Shown one piece after another: positions 22,990 to 34,120 of a DNA stretch of 64,000 nucleotides. A model generated the notes under the pieces. The model had not been told where the DNA came from, did no database searches, and saw nothing but the letters and a program-made list of their open reading frames with translations. Within the stretch, counting starts at the first letter, position 1, and the number at the start of each line of letters is the position of its first letter. Source of the stretch: Chiloscyllium plagiosum (lineage: Eukaryota); contig NC_057719.1 of NCBI RefSeq assembly GCF_004010195.1, positions 79,534,503 through 79,598,502 on the forward strand, written 5' to 3'. A program made the position numbers and the translations under genes.

Positions 22990-24520
22990 AGAAGGGAACC
23001 CAGAAGAGGTGGTGAGGGAGTCAGCAAGAGAGAAAAACATACTTGACCTAATCTTCACCAATCTGCCTGCCATTGATGGATCTGACCATGACAGTATTGT
23101 TAAGAGTGACAACTGCACAGTCCTTATGGAGACAAAGACCCACTTTCACATTGAAAATATCCTCCATCATGTTGTGTGGCACTATCACTGTGCTAAATGG
23201 GAGAAGCTTCAAACAGATCTACCAACTCAAGACTAAGCATCCATGAGGTGCTGTGTGTCATACTCCAACACAATTTGCAAACTCATGGCCCAGCATATCC
23301 CTTACTCAACCATTGCCATCAAGCCAGGGGTCAACCCTGATTCAATGGAGAGTGCAGGAAGGCATGCCAGGAGCAGCACCTGGCATACCTGAAAATGAGG
23401 TGTCAACCTGGTGAAGCCACCAAACAGGGTAGCTTGCATGGAGGAGAAAGTGAGGACTGCAGATGCTGGAGTTCAGAGTCGAGAGTGTAGTGCTGGAAAA
23501 GCACAGCAGGTCAGGCAGATTCCAAGGAGCAGGAAAATCGACATTTCGGGCATAAGCCTTTCATCAGGATTGCTTGCATGCCACGGCATTAGCAGCAAGT
23601 GATAGAGTTAAAGGTTCCACAACCAACTGATAGGATCTAACCAATGCAATCCTGCTACATCCAGTTACGAATGGTGATGTACAATTAAACAACTCACTGG
23701 AGGAGGAAGGTCCATAAATATCCCCATCCTCAATGATGGGACCACCCAAGATATCTCAGGGCTTCCCAGCATTACCAATCTTCAGCCAATTTGATTCGGT
23801 CCACATGACATCAAGAAACAGTAAGAGACACTGGATACTGCAAAGACTATGGGCCCTGACAGCATTCTAGCAGTAATACTGAAGACCAGTGTTCCAGAAC
23901 TCGCTGGTCCACCAGCCAAGGTCTTCTTGGTGCTCCACTAGCCAAGGTACAGATATGTCACTGGCATCTACCCGACAATGTGGAAAATTGCCTGGGTATA
24001 TAGTGTACACAAAAAGCAAGTCCAGCCCGGCCAATTACTTCCCCATCAGTCTACTCTCGATCATCAGTAAAGTGATGGAAGGTGTCATCAACAGTGTCAT
24101 CAAGCAGCACCTGCTCAGCAATAGTCTGCTTAGTGATGCCCAGTTTGGGTTCTACCAGGGCCCCTCAGCTCCTGACCTCATTACAGCCTTGGTTCAAACC
24201 TGGTCAAAAGAGCTAATTTCAGTCAAGCCGCATTTGACTGAGTATGGCATCAAGGAGCCTTAGCAAAACTGGAATCGGTGTGAATCAGGAGTCAAACTCT
24301 CCATTGGTTGGAGTCATAGGAGAATGGTTGTGGGTGTTGGAGGTCAGTAATCTCAGCTCCAGGGCATCACTGCAGGAGTTCCTCAGGGTAGTGTCCAAGG
24401 CCCAACCATCTTCAGAGGCTCCATCAATGATCTTCCCTCCATCATAGGGTGTGGAGTGGGGATGTTTGCTGATGATTGCACAGTGTTCAGCGTCATTCAT
24501 GACTGCTCAGATACTAACCA
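22990..24520 (+). mobile_element. CR1/L2-clade LINE, decayed ORF2 (endonuclease end to RT)
   Basis: REKNILDLIFTN..SDNCTV; NYFPISLLSIISKVMEGVINS..SDAQFGF..SAPDL; GVPQGSV; MFADDC. Confidence 0.82.
23441..23570 (-). mobile_element. Penelope-like terminal repeat, family A, nested in a LINE
   Basis: Minus strand tcctgatgaaaggcttatgcccgaaatgtcg, with direct repeat GCTTGCATG at 23432-23440 and 23572-23580. Confidence 0.82.
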
Positions 24521-24634
24521 CTAGTATTACTGCGGTAGAGGAGAAAACAGGCCACTGACTAGTGAATCATGACGTCTAAGTGTATGCCTTTAGGGTAGGC
24601 AGCAATGCTACTTGGCTCATCATCTGGACCCTCA

Positions 24635-24812
24635 GAATCCAAAGATGTGCCGGTCAGGTGAATTGGCCATGCTAAATTGCCCATAGTGTTAGGTGCATTA
24701 GTCAGGGATACATATGGGGAATGGGTCTGGGTGAGTTACTCTTCAGAGGGTCGGTATGGACTTTTTGGGCCAAAGGGCTTGTTTCCATACTGTAGCTAAT
24801 CTAATCTAATCT
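24635..24812 (+). mobile_element. HE1-type SINE, 3' half
   Basis: tccaaagatgtgc..aattggccatgctaaattgccc..(taatc)n tail. Confidence 0.8.
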
Positions 24813-24819
24813 GGGGGCA

Positions 24820-25135
24820 AGGGATCGAATCTCACCACAGCACATGGTGAAACTTAAATACCATAAAAATCTGGAATTTAATGAAAGCTGGTCTAATGGT
24901 GACCGGGCAGCCATTATTGATTGCTGTAAATACTTATCTGATTCAGTAATGCCGTTCGGGGAAGGAATTCTGCTGTCCTTCCCAAGTCTGGCCTATACGG
25001 GACTCAGGATCCATGGCAGTGTTAATCTTAACTGCCCTCTGAAACCTGTTAACAAGCCACTCAGCTGAAAGGACAATTAGCGATGGGCAATAAACGCTGG
25101 CCCAACTAGTGACACCTACAAATGTATAAAGAAAA
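24820..25135 (+). mobile_element. Second tRNA-headed SINE family
   Basis: gatcgaatctcaccacagc..ggaaggaa.tctgc.gtcctt..gatgggcaataaacgctggcc. Confidence 0.6.
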
Positions 25136-26189
25136 ATGCCTGACCTGCCACTATAGGGTCAGGACAGGTCAGGAATGGCCAGGATTAATCATCATCCTAG
25201 TTTAGACTTCTCTCCACCCGGTCCTTTGAAAAGAGGGACCTGATGTCAGCTGTGACTCACTAGATAATACTCTAACCAGGCCCTGTCTGGATAACTAAGC
25301 ATGTCATTTAGACAGACACTCCAGCCAGGAACGTGGAAAGCATACTGGTTTTAAAAGTTGAATCAAGGCTTTACTGGAAACAGATTTGTCCTGTGGGGTT
25401 GGAGAGAGCAGACAAAGGTGAAATTGGATTGATTCGAGCTGAGAGTTGGGGGAATGGGTAGCATTTTTTTGTAGGTGTGGATGGGGGAGCAGGTGGTTAA
25501 GGTTGGCACTTTCAAGATATTTCCAGACGATGCAGGAGTTTGGAGATGGGGCTGCTCTTCCTCATTAAGCAGGAGTGACTATCAGAGGAGTTTACCAGGA
25601 GGTCTCGGTTCCGATCTAGGAGGTGGGTCAGAAATATAGGAGGCTTGCGAGGTGAGAATCTTTGCAGGACCGGGTACGGGAGACTGATCGGGATAGGGGG
25701 TTCCATTTAGACCAGTTGGTGCAGCCTAACACCCGATCAGACCGACGGGCCTGGATGAGACACAGCAGTTAGAATTTACTGGCAGGAGGCCTAACCTGAT
25801 GATGTGGAAGCCAAAGGAGGAAGCTGAATGATTACAAAACAGTGAGTGAGGCAGGGAAGGAGGAAACCTCCAGGAATGCTGTGTTACCCAACTGTCCAGG
25901 GTCATTTTGGTAATCAGACTTATTTACGCGGCAACCTGTGGAAAATCTGAGTCTGCAAGTCTCCTGTCTATTTTACGAACATGAGCTATTGGTCAGCCAG
26001 TGTAGTTGCAGTAACTGCCACCTTCCATCTCCTTCCATCCTTGATGGTCACCAGAAACCATGGCTTGCCTCCATTCTCATGGTCAACACTTATGGTCAAC
26101 TCCCATTGTCAAGTGTCCCTTTCTTCATTTCATAATAGTTGGTCACCCTTGAGGTTTGGAGAAGATGATGTCTTGATGGGCTGAAGGCC

Positions 26190-26540
26190 AAGACACAGTG
26201 ACTCAGTGGTTAGCACTGCTGCCTTACAGCACCAGGGACCCAGGTTTGATTCCAGCCTTGAGTGACTGTCTTTGTGGAGTTTGCACGTTCCTTCTGGGTC
26301 TGCATGGGTTTCCTCCGGGTGCTCCGGTTTCCCCCCACAGTCCAAAGATGTACAAGTCAGATGGGTTGGCCAAGCTAGATTGCCCATTGTGTTCAGGGAT
26401 GTGTGGGTTAGGTGCATTAGTCAGGGGTAAATGTAGAGTAATAGGGTAAGGGAATGAGTCTGGGTGGGTTACTCTTCGGAGGGTTGGTGTGGACTTGTTG
26501 GGCCGAAGGGCCTGTTTCCACATGTAGGGATTCTATGACT
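26190..26540 (+). mobile_element. HE1-type SINE, full length
   Basis: tRNA head, central domain and gggccgaagggcctgtttcca tail. Confidence 0.88.
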
Positions 26541-26619
26541 TTTGAGCTCAAGGTATTTCAATACCCAGAGGACAACACTCCTGCTAATTCTTGCTCACAA
26601 TAAGCTTAAAAGCAAATAA

Positions 26620-27090
26620 TCAAATTTACCAGGATGTTGCGGGATTAGAGGGTTTGTGTTATAAGGAGATGCTGGATAGACTGGGATTTTTCTTCACTGG
26701 AGTGTAGGCGGTTGAGAGGTGACCTCATAAAGGTTTATAAAATCATGAGGGGCGTGGATGCGATGAATGGGTATTGCATTTTCTCTAATATGGGGGATTT
26801 CAACCCCAGGGGGCATATTTTTAAGGTGAGAGGAGAAAGATTTAAAAAGTGTATGAGGGGTAATTTATTCTTACACAGAGCATGTGGAATGAACTTCCAG
26901 AGGAAGTGGTGGATGTGAGTGCGATTACAGCGTTTAAAAGATGTTTGGATAAGTACACGAATAAGAAAGGTTTGGAAGAATATGGCCAAGTGCAGACGGG
27001 TGGGACTAGTTGAGTCTGGGATTATGGTCAGCGTGGACTGGTTGGACCAAAGGGTCTGTTTCCATGCTGTATATCTCTATAACTCTATGA
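26620..27090 (+). mobile_element. CR1 LINE, 3' fragment
   Basis: RGDLIKVYKIMRG..RGHIFKVRGERFK plus tail. Confidence 0.85.
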
Positions 27091-27794
27091 CCTGGGCCTC
27101 TTTTATCCTATTGTGCCCCGACCATTTGTTTTTTGTTGCTCAGCAACGGGCAGTCAGTAGCTTATGAGAATAAATAGACACCCACTTGCTTTAATCAGGA
27201 GCTCTATTCCAGGCTGCTGTAAATGATGAAAGTAAATGAGGAACACATGGGGCTGTGTGATTCCAGTTTTCTATTCCCCTCCACTGGCGTATTGGGAGTT
27301 AAAATCGAGGCTAGTGTGTTTGAGGTGTGTTGAAACAAGATATCCCTGAGAATAAGCCTCAAAAGCACTTTCTCAAGGTCAGTCTCAGTGGGTGGGTTAA
27401 TATAGCAAAGTCCTCTGCATGGAAAAATGCTACAACCACAAAACAAAAACAAGTCATCTTCAAAGAGGAACCAAATGATCTCCATAGTCTTTGAATCTCA
27501 GACCAAATAGGACTACAAAGAGATTCGGGGATGCCAAGTGGATTGAATCATTGACCCCCTCATACCTCATCAAAGTGGCCCACAGTTTTATCTTTGCCCA
27601 ATGATGACAGATTTCTCAAATGATGGCACGGTTGCCAACTCTGGTTTGGATGTATTCCTGAATGTTGGATCATGTGACCTCTCAGTCAAGCAGCCAGTTT
27701 CTTTCCCCTCCACCTCCTATAGTTTATGAGCTAATAAATTTCAGCGCTCAAAGAAAATGAAAGAGAAAGCACATTCTTTTTCACACCCTAATGG

Positions 27795-27925
27795 AAGAAA
27801 CTGTTGCACAGTCTGGTCGTGAGAGACTGAATGCTCCGGTACCTTCTGCCAGATGGCAGGAGGGAGAAGAATTTGAGTGAGGGGTGTGTGGAGTCTTCCA
27901 CGATGCTCTTAGCCTTTCAGATGTG
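27795..27925 (-). mobile_element. Rex1/Babar LINE fragment
   Basis: Minus strand HPSLKFFSLLPSGRRYRSIQSLTTRLCNSFF is homologous to the end of 55905-57120. Confidence 0.7.
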
Positions 27926-28069
27926 CAGGGATGATGGATGGATGGATGAAGACTGGTGTGAGCTGGGATATGAGCAGCAGAGTTCAGGATGAGTTCAACA
28001 TTGTTGGGGGCGGAAGGTAGGAGGTCAACCAGGAGAGCATGGGAATATTACAGGGTGGTGATGGACTCA

Positions 28070-28355
28070 TGAAATTATCACTGGACTGGTAATGCTCTGG
28101 GGACATACGTTCAAATCCCACCATGGCAGTTGATGGAATTTGAATTCATTGAAAAAATATCTGGAATTCTTTGTCAGTTGTCAGGAAAAGCCTCATCTGC
28201 CCTTCACAAATGCCCTTTGGGGAAGGAAACTGCCATCCTTACCTGGTCAGACCAATCCGTGACTCCAGACCCACAGCAATGTGGACAATTAGGAGTGGGC
28301 TATGAATACTGGCCCGGATAGTTACATCCTCATTCTGTGAACGAATATAAAAAAA
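28070..28355 (+). mobile_element. Second tRNA-headed SINE family
   Basis: cactggactggtaat..gttcaaatcccaccatggcag..tggaatttgaattca..ggaaggaaactgccatccttacctggtc. Confidence 0.7.
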
Positions 28356-28404
28356 ATTCTGAACCCTGACTCACAATTTGCCTGTGCATTAATAATGGAG
28401 CCTG

Positions 28405-28750
28405 TTCTTTATTCACTCATGAGATGACGGTGCCACAGGCCAAGCCCAGCATTTATCACCCATCCCTAATTGCCCTGAGGGCAGTTCAGAGTCAACCACA
28501 CTGCTGTGGGTCTGGAGTCACATGTAGGTCAGACCAGGTAAGGATGGCAGATAATCCACACCTAAATGACATTAGTGAACCAGATGGGTTCCTCCAAACA
28601 ACCAGTGATGAATTGTGGTCATTATTAGACTGTTAATTCCAGATTTGTTTGAATTCAAATTCCACCATCTGCCATGGCAGGATTCAAACCTAGATCCGCA
28701 GAACATTATCTGGATTAACAGTCCAGTGATAATACCAGTAGGCCATTGCT
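28405..28750 (-). mobile_element. Second tRNA-headed SINE family (inverted partner of 28070-28355)
   Basis: Reverse complement of the same consensus. Confidence 0.75.
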
Positions 28751-30164
28751 TCCCTATGAGTCAAAATGCATCAAACGTTAGTAGTGCAATATGCTGGGGC
28801 ATTACTGAAAACCATTGTAATTTATGAAGTGCATTGAATATAATATTATATCTCAGGGTGTTTCTGGAGAGTGTAATCAGGCAAAACTTAACACAGAACT
28901 GCATAAGGAGATATTAAAGCCAATAGCTGGAGGACTGGTCAGAAGTAGAGCAAACTCAAGGTAAAAAGGTAGTTAGGGAGGTTTATAAGTTCAATTTCAA
29001 AGGCTAGGCCCAGTCAACCAGGGCTGCATTGTTGGAGCAATTAGGGACATGCACTCTGTAAGGAAGAGAGGAGCACAGATATCAGAGGGCAGTAGGGCTG
29101 GAGAAGGTTACACTGATCAGGACAGACGATTACATTAAAGGATTTGAAAACGTGGATGTGAAAACCAAGCCATTACCAGACTGGGTGCCCAACTACATCA
29201 GCAAGCACAGGGCTGATAGGTGAACAAGACTTGGTTCGAATTGGGAGACGGGCAGTGGGATTGTTTTTGGCAGAACCAATGTTTACTTTAGGGGGAGTGG
29301 TGGGAGGCTAAGCAGCAGATCACAAGAATAGTTGAGTGTTGAGGTAGTTCAACTTTGATTCGGTTAAATCATCTATGAAGCTGGTTTGGATGAACAAAAC
29401 AGGAAGAGTGTTATTTTTGGTCTCTGGTTTGTATTGCCATGTTTGCACAGATATCTCGTTTGGCTACAGCAGCCAGCAGAGAATAACTAATGACCTAATG
29501 AGTGAGTTTGCCTTTACTTTATCTTGGCATTCTTAACTCTGAAATACAATAGCCAAGTGCTGAAGCTCTCTTTTGTGTTTACTTAAAATGAGCAAAAAAA
29601 CCTGGCATTTGCATTGCAGTTTTCACAACTTCAGATGATCCCAAAAAGCATTTCACACTCAGTGGAGTACCTCATGCAGCGTGCTCCAATATTAGAAACA
29701 TGGCCATCAACTTGTGCACAGCAAGATCCCACAAACTATAAAGGGATAATGTGGTTTTCTTTTGTTTGGTTTTGGGGGACTCAGTGTTAGCCAGGACACT
29801 GGGAAACCTTTCCTCAAAATAACACTAGAGAGCATTTTTTTTTTGTTTGTGGAGAGAGGGGCACCTAGGTTAACTTATTGAAAAGATACATATCCAGTAA
29901 CGCAATGCGAACTCACTATTTCAACCGCAGCCTGGATGATGCGCTCATTTCTCTGAAGTGGGATTTTGAGCGCATGACTGTCATTACTTGTAAACCTATT
30001 GCAGATGCTGGAGGTCTGGAATAAAATCAAAAAGTGCTGGAGAAACTCAGCAGGTCTGGCACCATCTGTGGAGAGAGAAACAGAATAAATGTTTTGAGTC
30101 CAATATATAACTCTGCCAAAATTAGCTACACCAACACAATTAAGTTCTATGCAAGACGCTTCAC

Positions 30165-30510
30165 TTTCATTCATTCGTGGGATGAGAGGGCATCACTGGC
30201 TAGACCATCATTTATTGTCCATCCCCAATTGCCCAGAGGGTAATTAAGAATCAACCACATTGCTGTGTGTCTGGAGTCACCTGTAGGTCGGACCAGGTAA
30301 GGATGGCAGATTTCCTCCGCGAAAGGGCATTCACGAACCAGATGGGTTTTCCTGATAATTGACAAATGGACATCATTAGACATCATTCCAGATTTCTTTT
30401 TCTTGAATTCAAATTCCATCATGTGCCTTGGTGAGATTTGAACCCGGGTCACCAGAACATTACCTGGGTCTCCAGATTAACAGTCCAGTGATAATACCAC
30501 TGGGCTATCA
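30165..30510 (-). mobile_element. Second tRNA-headed SINE family, near full length
   Basis: Minus strand tagcccagtggtattatcactggactgttaat..ccgggttcaaatctcacc (A/B boxes) and a (gaat)n tail. Confidence 0.78.
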
Positions 30511-31664
30511 ACACCATCCCTCCCCAACCCCCCCCCCCCCCCCCCCCCCCACCCACTCCCCACCCCTAGGCTGGTATATGTCATCAAACTCCCAACAGTG
30601 TATAAGAGGTGTGTAGCAGGCAAAATACTACACTTGCTGGACTTAAGAATGACTAACCAATGTTAAGGGGGGGGGGGGGTATTGTCTACACCATAGCATG
30701 AGTGTGGTCATGCAGTGGTAGTTCAAGTTATATGAGGCATGGAGGATGACTGAAGGAAGGGCTGGAATGTAAAAGGTATGAGTCAAGAGAATGGCTGAGG
30801 GTGGAAGTCCATGTAGCCCAGGGAGACAGACTGATTGGAGAAGGAAGCTGCTGGTGCCCAGTCTGAGTGATGCTTCTGGCTTGCAGTGATTGAGGGTCCA
30901 TCCACATTCTGTTCAAGCATGAGACCAGGACCGTTGATCCCTTGAGATAACAGTGAGAATGTTGACTTCCAGCCCTTCCCTGCTACAAGATTGGCCACGT
31001 TCCTCACACATGCATGTGTCATGATCTGAGAGCCTTGGGATTGTATGGGATAGGCCAACCCACTGCCCCAGGATGGAACTGATCCATACCCACAGTTGGA
31101 CTTAAACTATGTAATGGACGATTTCACCCTTTGAATGGGAGTATAATTTATTTATATGTTGTGCGCTAGTTGCTTTGGTAGACTGGACATTGTTGGCATT
31201 CCCTCCACCATTCAACTGATATCATTTCAGTGCAATATCACCGTTCATTGCTATAGTTAGAGCTGCTTGGGACTAATTGCCCTGTCACCATGACACTAAG
31301 TGTACTGGAAACTGAAACAGTGACTGCTGTACTGACTTGTTGTGGGATTACATAATGTCTGTGCCAGTGTTCCCTCTCCATCTCTTTACTTACTCAGAGC
31401 ATGCTTATAGCTGCATGATGCAGTGATTCCCAGAAACGGCTGCTTCAAGACAGCTCAGTCATGTTGGATCTCCCTCCATCACTAGGAGCAGAAATAACAG
31501 CAACAACATCAAAATGCATTTATTTAGCACTGTTAACATAGTCTAACATCCCAGGAGATTTCACAGCAGAATACTCAGTTTATGCTGCACTGCTGAAGAA
31601 GCTATTAGGACAGGTAACCAAACTCTTTCTCAGTCAAAGAGGTCTATAATAATGACCATTGTTT

Positions 31665-33270
31665 ATTTTATTATTCATTTGTTGGATGTCAGCATCACTG
31701 ACTAGTTCAGCATTTATTGCCCATTCCTAACTATCTCTCAGAAGTGATGGTGAGTCTCTTTTGTGAACGATTGTAGTCCGTGTGGTGGAAGTACACTAGA
31801 GTGCTAGGTTCAGACCCAGTGACAGCGAAGAAACAACAACATAGTACAAGTCAGAATAGTGAAGGCCTTGCAGGGGAACTTGCAATTTGTAAAAGTAAAG
31901 TACTGCTGATGCTGGAGATCTGAAATTAAAAAAAAGAAGGTATTGGAGAAACTCAGCAGGTCTGGAAACATCAGGTGGAGAGAGAAACATCACTAACTGT
32001 TTGAGTCCTTGTCCTGTTGAATGGGTCGAGAGGTCAAGAGGAATCTTGCTGAGCGGTTACAGTACATTCTCTAGATGGCATACACTGCTGTCAGTATGTA
32101 TTGGTGTTAGAGAGAGTGAATGTTGATAGTGGTGGATGGGGTGCCAATCAAGGTGGATGCTTTTCCCGGATGGTGTTGAGCTTCTTACAGTCACACTCAT
32201 CTAGTCAAGTGTAGAGTATTCCACCACACTCCAACCTATCGATAGGCTTCGTTGAGGCTGGAGGTGAGTTACTCACCATGTCATTCCTAGCTTTTGACTG
32301 GCTCTTCCAGCCATGGTACTTACATGACTTGTTGAGTTCAGTTCCTGGTCAATAGTAACTCCCAGATTATTAACAGTGAGGATTCAGTGATGTCCAGGGA
32401 TGATGGCTAGATTCTCTCTTGTTAGAGATGGTCATAGCCTGGCCCTTGTGTGGTGTGAATGTTACTTGTCACTTTTCAGCCCAAGCCTGGATTTTCTCCA
32501 GATCATGTTGAATTTGCACATGGACTGCTTCAGTATCTGAGGAGTCGCGGATGGTGCTGAACATTGTGCAATCATTGGCGAACATTCCCACTTCTGACTT
32601 TATGATGGAGGGAAGGTTACTGATGAAGGTGGCTGGCCTGGTACATGACCCTAAGGAGCTCCTGCTGAAATGTCTCAGATCTGAGATGATTGACACCCAA
32701 TAGCTAAATTCCTTTCGTTCTTGGTATGACTCTAGAGAGTTTCTTCCTGCTTCCGATTGTCTTCAAATTTATTAAGAACCCTTGACTGAATCCTTGATCA
32801 GATGAAGAGTCCGGCCCGAAACGTCGACTCTCCTGCTCCTTGGATGCTGCTTGACCTGCTGTGCCTTTTCCAGCTCCACATTTCATCGACATTAAGAACT
32901 CTTGATGTCAAACGTGGTCAAATATTGCCTTAATGTCAAAGGCAATCGTTATAACTCACCTCTGCAATTCAGTTGTTTGTTCATGTTTTGATTCGGACTC
33001 TAATGACTTCCGGAGCCACGTTGCCCTAACAGAACCTAAACTGTGAATCAATGAGTAGATATTGTTGTGTATTGCCAATGACATCCTCCACCATTTTGCT
33101 GGTGGCTGATAGTAGGCAGATGGATTAGAAATTGGCAGGCTTGGAATTTTCATATTATTTATGGACAGGAAATCCTGCTCAACCTTCTTGTAGCTCAGAA
33201 ACATGCCTGTGTTGAAACAGTACCAGAACAGTTTACTAATGGCACAGGAGCATGTGTCTTCAGCGTTACA
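31665..33270 (-). mobile_element. CR1/L2-clade LINE remnant with nested Penelope termini
   Basis: NLPSIIKSEVGMFANDCTMFSTIRDSSD..DLEKIQAWAEK. Confidence 0.78.
32786..32890 (+). mobile_element. Penelope-like terminal repeat, family A, lacking the tail
   Basis: cagatgaagagtccggcccgaaacgtcgactctcctgctcc, with direct repeat ATTAAGAAC(C/T)CTTGA at 32771-32785 and 32891-32905. Confidence 0.8.
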
Positions 33271-33467
33271 GTCAGGTACTTGTTTGAAACATTATTTTCT
33301 GTGAAGGTGAGGACCATAGGATGAGCCTGAGACAAATCATCCACTTCATACCTCTGGCGGACTTTGGTTCCAAATACTGCAGTCCTTACTCTGTTTCACC
33401 CCAGCATTGAGGATAAAGTGAAAAATCACACAACACCAGGCCATAGCCCAATAGGTTTATCTGGAAG

Positions 33468-33502
33468 CACTAGCTTTCAGAACACCGCTCCTTCATCAGG
33501 TG
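33468..33502 (-). ncRNA. Minimal hammerhead ribozyme, family C
   Basis: CAC-CTGATGA-A-GGAGC GGT GTTCT-GAAA-G-CTA-GTG: stem I CAC/GTG, stem II with G-U pairs, AGCU palindromic stem III and a CUA cleavage triplet. Confidence 0.65.
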
Positions 33503-33924
33503 GGTGTGGCGTAGGGCCATAAGATGCAGAATTTATAGCAAAAGATTACAGTGTCGTGCAACTAAAATGATACATTTAACAAACCTCACTTGTTGTTAAG
33601 TCTTTCATCTTTTAGAATGGCTTACAGGTTTCAGTTCATTAATGTGTAAATCCCAGAACTTCTTTTAAACCACATTCTCAAAATAAGTTAAGGTTGCATA
33701 ATAAAAGGTGACCTATGATCTCAGCTCAGACAATGTCTTAAAGGTGTGACTCTGTCTATATCCCAATCTTGACTCAGACTGGTCCTATTTCCAAAGTGGA
33801 ATTTACAAAGTATTATATAGATTGACTGTCTGCATTGACTGCCTAACTATTGTGCATTTTTTTGAGAGAACTAAAATGTATCTGTAAATATAATTCTGCA
33901 AATACAAATTCACCCCATAGACTT

Positions 33925-34120
33925 ATATGTGTATGTACGTGCAGGAAAGAGAGAGAGAGAGAGAGAGAGAATGAGTGTGTGCATGTGTGTGTAAGTGCAT
34001 GTGAGAGAGTGAGTTTGGGTATGTGCAGGTTTAGCAAAGTGTATGTGTGAGGGTGGTGGAGTATAAGCCGGTGAGAGAGAGAGAGAGAGAGAGTGCGTGT
34101 ATGTGTGTGTGTAGAGTGTA
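33925..34120. repeat. (GA)n and (GT)n-rich microsatellites within the Penelope UTR
   Basis: Two (GA)n runs and degenerate (GT)n arrays. Confidence 0.85.
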
